DNA of 64,000 nt from Chiloscyllium plagiosum (Eukaryota). Of this stretch, positions 14,126-27,323 are shown piece after piece. Within the stretch, counting starts at the first letter, position 1; each line of letters begins with the position of its first letter. The position numbers were made by a program, and so were the translations under genes. Below the pieces are notes generated by a model. It saw only the letters and a list, made by a program, of their open reading frames with translations, was not told the origin of the DNA and searched no databases. The stretch spans positions 9,121,611-9,185,610 of the forward strand of contig NC_057751.1 of the NCBI RefSeq assembly GCF_004010195.1, read 5' to 3'.

Positions 14126-16671
14126 TTAATTGTCTCTTAAGTTGCTTATCTGAGGGCAAATATGGAAATGAAAGGTGATTTCTCCAGTACTTCTGAAGAA
14201 CACCATCCAATCTGTCACATTGAGGCACTTTAATTAACTGTAAAGGATAACTCCATAAATTATACAAAAGAGGGGCACAGCCACCACCTCCGCTGTCTTC
14301 TCATCTCCACCAGAATTAAGCCAAAATCAGGAAAAGCCTATTCTGAACATTTCTGTATCTCTGCCAATTCAAGGCCACAAAACGGCCTCATTCCATGGCA
14401 CTGGGATTAATCCAAGTGCAAGCTGGGGTGTGGCATGTGGCATGCTCAACAACTCAACTTGTGTCACCAACTTGTCAGCTGGGGTGGGGTGGGGGTCTCT
14501 CAATTAAAGGCAATCAGTGCCTGATCCAGGTACTGGGCATATGGCAAGGGCCTATTCCTGTCCTTGCTTCTGAATCCCTCATATCATTCACCTCACTTCA
14601 TATTCCCTATAATGCCCCACCCATAAAACCCTCCTCATCACAAATCACAGACCTTACTGCTTGGTCCTGTGTCATCTTGGGGTGGGAGGAGGAGAAGATA
14701 CAGAGTACCATTGGACTCTTCCATGATGCTCCCGATGGAGAGAGCCACCCGGCCTCTGATTGGTTGGCCGTATTCATTGTGCAGACCTCTGTCCCTGGGA
14801 TCTTAATTCCAGACAAAAACATGCCATTAGTCTTGCTAATACCTGACAGACATTAGGTAGGCCTTCCATGGAGGAAGCTTTGCAAGTCTCTCGCTGCTCA
14901 ACTAGCTGGCTGACGAGCCTTTGCTGCCTCGACAAGATTTCATCCTGTGTCTTTAATAAATCTCGAGATTTAACAAGTCAATTTGTAATCCTATAAATTA
15001 TCGGCTTTGAATCGCTTATACTGTGCATTTCCTCAATAATCCGTCAGCAATTCTACAGAGAAACTTGAAACTGACAAAAGGAATTTCACTACAAACCACA
15101 AACAGTGCAAACGTGTTTGAAAATGGATGACTGATTCATTGCCAAACTGTTTTGTTGGAGGAGTGAAGGACCGGTACAGGAATAATTAAACCTACTGAGC
15201 TATAGTTCAGTTCAAAATGTTCTCTGCTGAAAGTGGAATGCAGATTTGTTGTTCATTTATTGTGGTTACATCTGTTGTCAGCAGCAAACTTATTTGTCTG
15301 TCTCACTGGCCTTTCCTTCCTGCATGTTGCCAGCAGAGCTGCCAAAGATGGTCATAGGGGTGATTTCAGTGCTGTTCCTAGCTAAATATCTCATCCTTGG
15401 AGCTACTCTTCATACTGCAATCTAATTCAATTGCAATTTCCTAAAGTTCTTATATTTCAACAGTTGGGAAAATGAAATGGTGAAAACAAGTTAAAATTTC
15501 AAAGCTCCAGGAAAGAAAAACATTGGAAGAAGTAAAAGTAAAATTTAAAAGTTGGAAGGATGAAAGAAAGTAGATAGATGCAGGCAATTTTTGTTAACCT
15601 TTTCAATTTAAGACTGTGTTTGGATTGTTTACTTCAGTAGCTTTTGTCTATATTCTCGTAATAGATTAATTTCTGATGTTAGAACTGACACAGGATTTTA
15701 ATATTCATTTGCATCTCGTGTTTTAATATCATGCTACATTTCAATTGTGTGTGCACTGAAAACTTAAAATGGGTCAGCTAGGGAAGATTGGAGTTTCCTG
15801 GTCGGAAAGTGATAGAAATGTTATCAATTTCTGTATTACATTTATAAATGCCATATGTTCTGAAAGTACAAATTGGATGGGAAAGAAACACTGTTCTTGT
15901 CTCCATTGTTGGATCTAAATGGGGATCTTCAAGGAAGTTCAAGAAGATCATCTAAATCTGATGACTAATGCATGACAATGTTGGGATTGTTGCCTACAAG
16001 ATCTGAGTTATACATCTTCACAGCCTGACTGGTTAGACTTGCGAACAAATTTCAATATGTGACTCTCATTTTACATCAGCAACACAAAAACTGGAAGAGA
16101 AACAAAATCCTGACTTGTCTAAAGTGATCAATTGTGCCTAATTGGTCCTGAGCCATTCTGACCAAGGAGGCCCCAGGTTCAATCACAAAATGTACGAAGT
16201 TCATTGGCATGGCTGCAGGGTTGGGTTTCAGGGTTAGAATGAGGACTACAATTAGTTTTAATGCCTTTGGAGAAGTGAAGAGAAAGGAAGCCTGGATTTA
16301 AAGTTCAGGAGCCAGTGTTCTGTTGAAAGCATACATGGCTCAAACACAATTATGTGCATTTCTGAAGAAGGAGGCAAAGAGGGACGTGATCAGAAGGTAA
16401 GGCTCAAAAATGTCATAAATTGGCAATACCATTAGTTAATAGCTGAGGTGAGGAGCTAAGGTTCACAATGTCAGCACAATGGCAAGAAGTGAGGTAATGT
16501 AATGCTTTGGACTTTAAGAGCCTCATGACTGTTGGACAAAAGGATACCGAGGATGTAACAAAAAAAGTCTGTAATTTTTATGTCGGGAAGCAAAGAATTA
16601 AAGTCTGATACAAAGTCACGATTCAGGCTTAAAAGCCTTTTCCATTTCTTAAGATTTCTTATGTTCCATAG

Positions 16672-16849
16672 GAAATAATTCTCAAGCGAGCAGCCGATAT
16701 TGCAGAAGCTCTGTACAGTGTGCCTCGGACCCCGAGCCAGCTTCCGACACTTTCTAATACTCCCAGCCACAGCAGCATGATGCGAATGAACTCCTATGGT
16801 AGTCAACTGGGAGTCAGCATCTCAGAGTCCACACAGGGCAACAGCCAAG
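16672..16849 (+). CDS. ebf2: EBF2 coding exon: [59 protein letters not shown](G)
   Basis: ttccatAG acceptor, G|GTaagc donor; 178 nt, phase 0 to 1. Second HLH helix repeat followed by the start of the Ser/Pro-rich activation region. Confidence 0.96.
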
Positions 16850-17128
16850 GTAAGCTGCAAACATTCAGGTACAGGGCAGACATTCACAACTTATTTTCAT
16901 TCTACTCTGCTCAGGAGCAAAAACTGAGTATTGTCTCTAACTGATATGAGCTTTGGCTTTATCAAAGTGATGGTGTGGCAGATGCTGTATTTTGTACTTT
17001 AAGCCAATTCTGCAACCTGTACATTGAGATACTGATCTGGATTATCTCAGGTTGTTGATTGTGCATGTAAGACCACAAGAAATAGGAGTGGAAGTAAGGC
17101 CATTCGGCCCATCGCATCCACTTTGCCA

Positions 17129-17805
17129 TTCAATCATGGTTGATGGGCATTTCAATGCCACTTACCCACACTATCCCTGAGGCTGTCTGCACCTTCTCAT
17201 GAAGTGAGGTTCTTCAACTCCATGTATCCTGTAACCTTAATTTAGTTACAACTGTGCTGACTGGGTAATGAAATACACTTCTCCAGTATAGTGTCTCTTT
17301 ACATGTTCATTCTCAACTGCTGTCTTATCTCTGTCTGAGATCAGAGTCATGTGATAAGTTACATCATCATAATTTACATGAACCACAATGTGCAGAAGTG
17401 CTTAACACTGATAGTCTCTCTTGGAGTCATCGTCAACATGTTTCATGGTAATCTTTCAGAATAATTGAATAATTTGTTCCCACTGGATCCTTTCTTCTTT
17501 GTGTTACCTTTGTTGTGCTTGATAAAGTGGGCATTTCAGGTCTGCGGAGGTGGGAATATGCTAACATCATTTTCTCCCTGCATGCCCTTAAAATCTCAAA
17601 TTAAGAATCCTCAAGAATCTAGAGCCAGGGAACACTTGGGCTGAAGCCATCCTGCAGTGGGATAATGTCTCAAACAAGAGAGTGAGATGGTTGCATTTAA
17701 TCTCACAAAACAATCTCAAGCACGATATACTTCATGAGAAGGTGCAGACAGCCTCAGCGATAGTGTGGGTAAGTGGCATTGAAATGCCCATCAACCATGA
17801 TTGAA
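17129..17805. repeat. 77-bp inverted duplication (17129-17205 vs 17729-17805)
   Basis: Direct comparison gives 76/77 complementary bases. Confidence 0.9.
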
Positions 17806-18259
17806 ATAGATTGGAAAGCTTTTCATCTTTCCAATCTATTTCAGTGTGAAAAGCTTCATGGGTCACTCAGAATGCATCCTTTAGGTTCCAAGGAATTTGC
17901 AAAGTTCCAGATATTCACATTGTTGGCATTCTCATGTGGGATTCACGCATGAATGAAACAAAACAACAAGTTAAAAAGTAGCGGAAAATAAAGTTATCTT
18001 GTTTTGGTTATTTTGAAAGCACCATAACATTATATGCTGGCGGACTGGTTCTTATTGCTGCAGAGTCTAAATCTAGCAAGTCTCAAGGCATGGGCTATTT
18101 AGGACTGAGTGAAGGAGTGTAAGGTTGTGATTCTTTGTAATTCTACCTCCCAGCAATGCTCAAATACTGATCATTTTCAAGACTGAGTTTGACATGTTAT
18201 TTTAAGATTATCAAAGGGTTTTGGGATCTGGACAGGAAATCGGAGCAGAGGAGAAGTTC

Positions 18260-18665
18260 AACCTTCATCTGCATGAATAAAGGTAACATCACAAAACTAG
18301 TGATCAGGAGATTTAGAACAGAATCCTTGATGAAGTGGACCATAGAGGTTCAAATCCCATTATTTCAGTTGATGGAATTTAAATTAATTTAATAAATATG
18401 GAATCAAAACTCGACCCAGTCACGATGACCATGAAACTTTCATCTATTGCATTAAAAATAACGATTAGGTTCACACATGTCTTTTCAAGAAGGAAAGATG
18501 CCATCTTTTCCCAGTGTGGTCTTCCTATGACTTCAGATCCGCAGCAATGTAGTTGACTCATAATTGCTTCTGAAATGGCCTAACAAGTCTCTTAGTTTAA
18601 GGTGTAGTTTGAGATGGGCAATAAATAATGGGTTGGCCAATGAGATCCATCTTCATGAAAGAAAT
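18260..18665 (+). mobile_element. SINE-like repeat (family of 13770-14125 and 41320-41705)
   Basis: B-box-like ggttcaaatccc near the 5' end; the LINE-derived 3' end gggcaataaat..ggccaatga. Confidence 0.6.
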
Positions 18666-21135
18666 GTTCTGATAGTGTTTGATCACGGCTTAAGGGTGTA
18701 ATATGTTCACTGATCCTCTTTTGTTTTACCATATAAAAACATAATCTTTGCTCATGTGTTTTTACTGTGGAATCTTTCAATGACTTTATGTAACAAATAT
18801 TCTTTGGTCAGGGTCAGTCTGAGGAACAATAAAGAAACTGTAAAAGCTATCATTACTGTCACTACTGAAGACTTCATTGGAAAGTTCCCCACCTACAGTT
18901 TTGTCAAATCATCATGTAATATTATTTCATTGCATATGTTGGGACTGGGTGCAAGATGTTGTTCAGTCATTGAACAATGGCAGTGTTGTATAAGAAATGA
19001 GTTTAACACACACATGCCAATAGATTCTTCTCCAGTTGCCTGTTAACTGTGCAAGCACTTAGGCAAAACCCACTCCTTCACTCACTCCTTTGTAACTTAG
19101 TTTTTGTTCTTGTTAACATGGCAGACAAGCTGGAAAAAGAATCTGCAAACCTGTCACTTGATCTATTTGCTGACTCAAAGACTAGTTGCATTGCATTCCA
19201 TTGGTACCAAGCAATGGCAGATCAAATAGAGATGAGAGAGTTACTGCTGGTGCTGATAGCTTCACATCAGTTCAGTCTTGTTATTTAGCCAAGTCCCTGT
19301 GGTTAAATATGTGCTGGTTACATTCCAGGTTTGACAGGCCCTTCAAGCAGATGTAAATGCAAAATGCCTGGCTGTTCCTAAACATTCTAACCTGGAGTGA
19401 CTGGAAATGGCATAAATGGCCCCCATCAAGTTTTTCTCTCTCCTACACAATGCAATTTACTTCATAAATCATTCAGTATTATTTCAACCTTCAGCATGTC
19501 AAAGGAAATTTATTCTAACATTAAAATCTCACCAACTTAACGCATAGTTTATGTTCCAATCTAACTGACTTCCTTATATTGGCCTGCTCAGTCCCTGGCA
19601 TGATCAAGAACATGATTTTGGAATTAGGACTGCAAAGCAACTTCATGACAAAGCACTTCAAATAATTAGTATGCTCATGTGGAAAATAGTGGCCCTGTGT
19701 CCATATTACCAAGTTAAAACTGGAGTGCAGATATACATAATCATGATCCAAACTTCAAAGAGTCACTCTGGATCCAATGTGGGGCTGGAAATACTTCGGT
19801 AAATCAAAAATTGCTACATCATATGGAGTGAATGGAACCCTCTTGGAAGTCCAGGGAAATTATGGTTTTGCTCAAGTTTCCCAGTGGCTATGGTGAATAG
19901 CTGAGCCTCAGAAAGAAAGCTCACATGTTGGTTTATATCACAGAGGCACAAGCACAGGCACAGGGAAGCTCGAGGAAGCATCAACATCTCTAGAGTACAC
20001 AAGGGAAGATCCTAAAATTCTTTCAATGATATCTGCTGAATTTTGGATAGGGAAAATAATCATAATCAGCTGAAGATCACTTGAAAAATTTAAATATGAG
20101 GAAAAGAAAAATACTTATTGGAATCTAGCTTGTCTACAATTGAAGCTAGGGAAAGAGAAGAGGAAACCAAATTTTTCACAGGAATAAGAATTGGCCATTT
20201 AGCCCCTCCAATCTGTTCCATCATTCCCTGGGATGATGACTGATCTGTGACTGAATTCCAGACACCCCATATCCCTTCATATCTTCAGAACAGATTTAAA
20301 ACTAACTAGTATTAGATGACAGATGCTGACGAGGATTTTCTGACATTCCATGTGTGTACAGGTGCTTCCTGAATTCACTGCTGATAGGTCTGTGCCTCCA
20401 AGTGCAATATTCTCCCAACAAAAATAGTTTTGCACTTCCTTTGTTTGTTTGTGATACCGTCACTCTGTGATCGTCACTGTGAAAGGGATGCATGCTCAAG
20501 TAAAAGAATGGAAAGCAGGGTGAAAACTTCACTAATTTGGAATAAAAGAGGATTCACTTTTCTCCTAATGATTCCATTAATCACTTGTGGTTAGATCCTA
20601 TTCATTCTCAATTCACTTGGCATTTCATAATGGCATGTCTGTAGTCACAGTTCTTTAAATTTTCCTCAGTTTGTCTCAACACAGAACCAATTATCAAATC
20701 TGTACTATGCAATTTTCAGATTATTCCAATCTCCCTGTTGTCTTTCCTCCTATCCCGAAGGCACTGTCTCATAATCAGTTCCACAAAACAAGCACTACCT
20801 TCTTCCTATACTTTAGGGTAAAAGCAGTGAGCACAGCAGATTATTTATTTTTGGATGACATTACAACCAATCCTGACATACACCCAACAGAGTTCATACA
20901 GCAGTGATCAGGAGCCATGTCCTAGTAGGAATGACCCATTCATCACCCTCAGGTACAGAGAAGTTTAGCGCAGTGTCCCAATAAAACAGAATGGGGAATT
21001 CAGATAACCGATACTTTTTTTCAAAGTATGGTCAGAAGTACTTAGTTAAGAACACGAAACAATTCAGTCACTAAAGCCAATCTCCTCTGAAGTACAGCAT
21101 CAATTGACAAGCATGCAGCAGAAGAACTACACAGT

Positions 21136-21321
21136 AAAAACAATGACTGCAGATGCTGGAAACCAGATTCTGGATCAGTGGTGCTGGAAGAGCACAGCAA
21201 TTCAGGCAGCATTCGACGAGCAGCAAAATCGACGTTTCAGGCAAAAGCCCGAAACGTCGATTTTGCTGCTCGTCGGATGCTGCCTGAATTGCTGTGCTCT
21301 TCCAGCACCACTGATCCAGAA
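21136..21321. mobile_element. Fold-back Penelope-type element: 75-bp arms, 4-nt loop, 17-bp TSD
   Basis: Arms 21168-21242 and 21247-21321 (2 mismatches); TSD cagaagaactac(a/g)cagt at 21119-21135 and 21317-21333. The apex is hammerhead stem II followed by GAAACGTC. Confidence 0.88.
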
Positions 21322-21505
21322 GAACTACGCAGTCTGTTAACACTCTGAATAGATATAATGCTCTTATGCATGAGGGGATCTATACAATCATGGACATGTA
21401 TCTTGTTTGCAAGACCAGACGGTTAATTTTGGCAGTGATTTAAAAACTACTTCGGGGATCAGTGCGTAGCCCCTTACCTCACTTTTTCCCTGTTTCTATG
21501 GACAG

Positions 21506-21691
21506 GATATATCCACAACAGCAGCAGCATCTCTCCACGTGGGTATGCACCCACCCACTCACCACAACAATCAAACTACAACACAGTGGGCGGCAACATC
21601 AATGGATATAGCAATGTGCCAATGTCAAACCTTGGAGTACCCAGTTCTCCTGGATTCCTAAACAGCTCTCCTGTCAGCTCACCCTATGGCA
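21506..21691 (+). CDS. ebf2: EBF2 coding exon: (G)[61 protein letters not shown](I)
   Basis: gacAG acceptor, A|GTaagt donor; 186 nt, phase 1-1. Similar to the EBF2 C-terminal region. Confidence 0.95.
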
Positions 21692-23459
21692 GTAAGTGTC
21701 ATTTTTCTTGTTCACTGTAACCACTGTATTGGACTTGCTCTGGAAAACATGAATATCTATGCTCTCAGTATTTTTCCATTTCACTTTTGTCTGTTTATCT
21801 TGCTGGGACACCACTTTTTGAAGTTGGGTTCAACTGCTTTGCCAATAAATGTGATATATAATGGACCTTTGGTGTCCTGTATTCTCTTTGAATGGGGTTG
21901 CTAACCATCTACTCATTATAAAAGATTGCCCAGGTTTGAAGTGGTTTGAGTTAGTTTTCAAAACTAAAGAAGTGCTGAGGCTGCTACAATCAGAATCAGT
22001 GACAGTAAGTACAGGGTAGGAAAGAACTGCAATTATTCTGTTTCCTAATCATTGTCCAGTAATCTTTGGTTATAGATGACACCAGGGAAGCAATAAATCA
22101 AGCCAATATATGAAGATTCTAAAAGATTTATTAGGTGTTCAGTGTGATATAAACCCCCAAGTAACTTCCTAGTGCACAGTACTGGAGAACTGCAGTCTTT
22201 CATTACGCAGCAACCAAATCTGAACCAGTATCTTAGGAAGGAAGAAAGTGAAGTGCTCCTTAAAAAGGTAATGGAATCAGAACTACAGAGAGGCTTTTAC
22301 CAATTTCACCAATAATTTTTAGGATTTTACTCAAGGAGAAATGTCATGACTTAGTTTGTGTAAAGCGGATAACACTGAGTCCCTTTCACTTCTTATTTTG
22401 AAGGGGTTGCTCATTTGTTTTTGCCTGTTTAACATCATCGTATGAAGTTAGATCCAGCTAAGAAGACAAACAAAGTAAATGATTAGCTATTCCTCAACAG
22501 CCATGGCGTAAGTTTATATTTGTTCGGCAGAGTTTTCAGCACTACTTTCAATTGAGAAACTTTGATGAAGGGCCACCCGACAATCCAGGATAGCACTGGT
22601 ATTGGGAAAATAGAAGACCAGATCAGAAGTCAAGAAATAGTGACATTAAGCTTGAGGCTTAAAATTCTGGCAGATAAAAGAAAGATAAAGTAGAGGAAAG
22701 AAGGGGGAGGTACTGTGTTTCACAGTCACCTGGTCTTTGGAAAGTTCAAGAAGTCAATATGATGTTATTTCAAAGAAATGGTAGGATGTAACATGGATGA
22801 AATCTTCATAGAATAGCACCAGTTTTACTTTGCAAACTGTAAATTTTTTTTTTAGTATGCACACAAAGTGGACATTTGGTCGGGTCTCTGAACTATCAAC
22901 TCTCCACCAAATGCTTTGGTCACATATGGCTCCATCGGACACTGACTGGGGGAATTGTACTGCCACAATTGTTGCAGTATTCAGCAAGTTCGCAATCTTC
23001 CTAAATTTTCACCTTTCTGTTGAAGACCTGGACAGGCAGGAATGCAGCTCCACAGGAGCAAGCTGCACTCCTTTTTTTGCAAGCTTAGACTGTGAACTTG
23101 GTAAGGTATTCATAATGATAGGCACTTACACTGAGCTCAATGATCTCCGCAAACAACGTCTAAAATTTGATTTAAGTTGTTTCATGCATTTATAATTTCT
23201 GTTTAAGTGAGTCAGTGATGTTTCCTCGAATTATGGTGAATTTTTAATTCTTCAGGTTAAAATTTTTACAAGGAGAGCGACAGAAAAATAGATGATAAAA
23301 AACTTTTGACAACAGTTTAACATTTGATTTTTGGTGGATGTAAGGTTTTTGTTTTTGGCTTTTTTAGGTGAGGCATTTAAGATTAATATTCCAGGAATAG
23401 TGTCTGATGCAAATGCTCCTGACTCTTGAAAATAATTGTTACTGCAACACTATAGTGCC

Positions 23460-23655
23460 TGAAATAACTCCAGAGAGGCCAGTATCCCATCATCAAGTCA
23501 CCCTTTAGTTATACTGAAGAGTCCTTGACACTGATCCAGCTTCCCTGGAGCAGCACCTTGACTGAACAGAACCGCTGAAACTCCTGTTTATATCTGTCAT
23601 CCCGGGCTCCTGGATTGGTTCAGATTAACAACTCCAGTCAGGAAACTCAGATTGC
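23460..23655 (-). mobile_element. Solo-LTR-like repeat (related copies at ~24985-25090 and 29447-29673)
   Basis: Shared ataactc..gtcacccttta..gtccttgacact..ctcctgttt..gattgg blocks across the copies. Confidence 0.6.
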
Positions 23656-23891
23656 TGGCCCGGATCCTGAAGAAAATGTTAACCATTTGGCCAAGGCGAG
23701 GCTTTGTTTTAGGGTTTTGCTGTGGGCTGACCCAGAGACCCTTTGTTCAAGATGTGTCCTGAGTGATGCAATGTAATTGCTGAACTGGCGAGGGTATCCA
23801 CTTGCATCGGAATACCCTGCAATTCATATGCTCCACTTGCCTCCTTTTTCAATCATAAAGCAGTTGTAGTGCCTGTTTGAAGTCTGGCTGG

Positions 23892-24984
23892 GCTTCAGCT
23901 AGTAAGTGTTTTTGCATGATTGCATCATTAACTCCACATACCAAACTGTGTCTCAAAAGGTTAAACCAAAGTCACATGCCTCTGCCAGTCACCTTAACAG
24001 AATCAAAAATCCTGATATAGATTACATTGGTTCTCAAATTGCCGAATAAAACTGATAATGTCTTAGAATTAGTGGAGGCTTGGGTTTGTAATATCCCTTA
24101 ACTAAATCCATCAATTCTTGGAAGGTTTTTATATCTGGTGCCTCAGGAAAAGGTCGGCTCCTAATAACTGAGAAAGCTGTGGGTGCACAAGCTGTCAGGA
24201 GAATTATTCATTGCTTTTCATCTGCCTCAATATCATTTGCCCAGAAAAAATAACACATTCTTTCTATATACTAGGCCCAGTCTTCAACAGTAGGATGGAA
24301 CAAGTCAAGCTTCCCAAATAATGGCAATGCTTACACTCAACTTAAAGATAGTTTTGAGCAAATTTCTTTAGAACCATGCTCTTCTCTTATCACCAAGTTT
24401 GAAAATATTGACAAATATGAAGCTTTGTTTTTGAAATTTTACAATATCACTTGCATTTATCATTGTAAAATAATTGATGCGCTTCAGCTAGTAAGTGTTT
24501 TTGCATGATTGCATCATTAACTCCACATACCAAACTGTGTCTCAAAAGGTTAAACCAAAGTCACATGCCTCTGCCAGTCACCTTAACAGAATCAAAAATC
24601 CTGATATAGATTACATTGGTTCTCAAATTGCCGAATAAAACTGATAATGTCTTAGAATTAGAGGAGGCTTGGGTTTGTAATATCCCTTAACTAAATCCAT
24701 CAATTCTTGAAAGGTTTTTATATCTGGTGCCTCAGGAAAAGGTCGGCTCCTAATAACTGAGAAAGCTGTGGGTGCACAAGCTGTCAGGAGAATTATTCAT
24801 TGCTTTTCATCTGCCTCAATATCATTTGCCCAGAAAAAATAACACATTCTTTCTATATACTAGGCCCAGTCTTCAACAGTAGGATGGAACAAGTCAAGCT
24901 TCCCAAATAATGGCAATGCTTACACTCAACTTAAAGATAGTTTTGAGCAAATTTCTTTAGAACCATGCTCTTCTCTTATCACCA
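23892..24984. repeat. 504-bp direct duplication (23892-24395, 24481-24984) with an 88-bp templated spacer
   Basis: The copies differ at about 2 positions; spacer 24393-24480 is identical to 26212-26299. Confidence 0.92.
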
Positions 24985-25559
24985 CTGAATAACTCCACAA
25001 AAGCTGGTATCCCATCACCAAATCATCCTTTATTTACATGTGGAGAGTCCTTGACACCAATTAAGCGTCCTCAGAGTCAGCTCGTCACAATCACCACGGT
25101 GCCTTGTATCAAAGTCACTGAGTATTTGTAAGAAATAAGCTAAAATGATCAACATCATCAGAATGAAATTTCTCTCAGTCTGTCTGCTGAATAAGATCTC
25201 ACAGTTGAATTTACTTTGCCCCAAATGACATGGGCCATTTGGGAAGAAATTTGGGAAAACTGGGTGATACGTCCACCTTCTTGAATAACTCCCATTTGTA
25301 ATCAAGAATTGAAAGCTGAGATGAGAATTTTGCGATTGAATGGTAAGATGCCTATTAGCATGGGTTACCATTCATTAATAAGCCTCGTATTCCTTCATCT
25401 CACCTCATTAATATGCAGTCTCCCATTCTATCACCTACCAGATAGAAAGTAGGCACTGAGAATTCCTGGCAGAAAAGTGTGGGAAATTCCCTGATGACTC
25501 CACTTTACCACTTGTTCCTTGGATCTCCAACTTGGATACCCAGCATCAGAAATATCAGA

Positions 25560-26200
25560 GAAGCTTGCATTTATATTAATCCTTCAATGCAGTAAAACCT
25601 CGCAAGATGTCACACCAGAACACAGTGAGATTAAAACATTGACATTAAGTCAAGCAAGTTGGTATGAGGACAGGTGACTATCAACTTGGTCAAAGAAGGA
25701 GATTGTTAGGAGCATCTCAAAGAGGAGACCTGCCCTGGCATACATAGCTGTCACTAGTGAGGCAAAGGAAATCAGGAATGTTCAGAGACCGTACGATGAA
25801 CGTTGAGGATCGAAGGTGGTCACAGAAATAGGGAGAGGCAAGGTGGGACTTGAACACAAGGATGACAACTTTAACATCGAAGTATTGCCAGCTCAGAATT
25901 CAACATAACTCCGTAAGTTCAGGAGTTGATTTATAAATGGGATTTGTTATGGGCAGCAGAATTTGAAATCAGCTGAAGTTCATTGAAGTTGGAATATTGG
26001 AGACCAGGGATGAATGCATTATGTTTGTTGACTTTGGAGGATAAAAAAATGTCCAGATGAGGTTTTTGGAAGAAGGTGGGCTGAGTGAGGTGCGTAGACT
26101 GGCATTATGGAAGTTGAAGCAGGTGTCCATTGTAATATAGAGGATATGGGAATCAGTGGATGCAGGAAAAAAGATAATTATCTGGAGCAGAGAAAGAGGA
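25560..26200 (-). mobile_element. Old L2-like LINE 3' fragment (related copies at ~40110-40550 and ~48940-49250)
   Basis: Recurrent ..tttgacac..aaggagat..aggtgac..cttggtcaaaga.. block in three places. The clade assignment is inferred. Confidence 0.5.
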
Positions 26201-27140
26201 GTTGGATGTTTCCAAGTTTGAAAATATTGACAAATATGAAGCTTTGTTTTTGAAATTTTACAATATCACTTGCATTTATCATTGTAAAATAATTGATGCA
26301 CGTATGCTTGCTCTGGTCCAAGTGATCTACATTTGTCCCCTCAGTGGGTTCCTGTTGACCAGGAAGGTCACTCAGTTATCCCAACCCAAATTTGTAGTGG
26401 ATTAGCCATGTGGGTCAGGCTGTAGAAGCTAATAACCTTATCAGTTCTGAAAGTAAGACATCAGTGAGCAGAGTAATTAAAAACTACCATATAACTGCTG
26501 TAATGGTATGAAATACAAGAAGATTTTAAAACTGTATACAACAGCTAGAATGTCAAACAGTTTCCAAGAAATAAATTCACAAAGAGGTAAAAAGTCATCA
26601 TAACTCCTGTCTAGTGGATCATTTTAGAGAATGTATGAACGGAATACAAGATCAGAGTCAGCTGTGTTGTCCTCGATGTTCCATAGCTTGTCAACATTTA
26701 CAATGCAAGCTTATACATAAGGATTGGGGCACAATCATCCAGACAGCTCAAGTGAACAAGAGTCAGAGCATTCAAGGAAGATGGGGAATAAAAGGGAGGT
26801 CAGAAGCCAAAATACTGCTGCTGCTGGAAAACTAGACTAACAACAGAAATAGCTGACAATACTTGGTGGGTCAGACGGCATCTGTGGAGGGAAGTCTCGG
26901 TTTATGCTTCAGATTGATAAAAACAAAGAAACTCTGAACATTCTGAGCATATACTGTGCAGTGGTTGCTGCGTTTTCAAATGGATGAAATGTTTGCCAAA
27001 TGCTGTCATGCTGACATGATGCTCCTTTAAATTATAAACTCGCTCACTACACAAATCAAATACTCCAGTTCCACAGGAGATGGGTCCTTTATGTCTAAGA
27101 CAGAGCTGTTCTTTTCTTCCCCTTTTTTTATTTCTTACAG

Positions 27141-27323
27141 TTATGCCTTCCAGTCCGACTGTGGCCTCTGCTGTCCCTCTGTCCTCCAGCACATCTGCCA
27201 TACTTCCCTTCTCATCTTCTGTCTTCCCCGCAGTGAAACAGAAGAGCGCCTTTGCACCGGTGATCCGACCCCAAGACTCCCCCTCCCCGGCCTGCTCTAA
27301 TGGGAATGGAAATGGATTCCGAG
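27141..27323 (+). CDS. ebf2: EBF2 coding exon: (I)[60 protein letters not shown](A)
   Basis: tttcttacAG acceptor, G|GTgagg donor; 183 nt, phase 1-1. Contains the conserved [12 protein letters not shown] motif. Confidence 0.96.

Noticed and set aside
14395..14856. 153-aa ORF
   Set aside because: No recognisable motifs; sits in a GC-richer stretch that looks like a degenerate interspersed repeat.
21071..21343. Mirror ORFs on both strands with the same peptide
   Set aside because: A consequence of the palindromic element, not coding.
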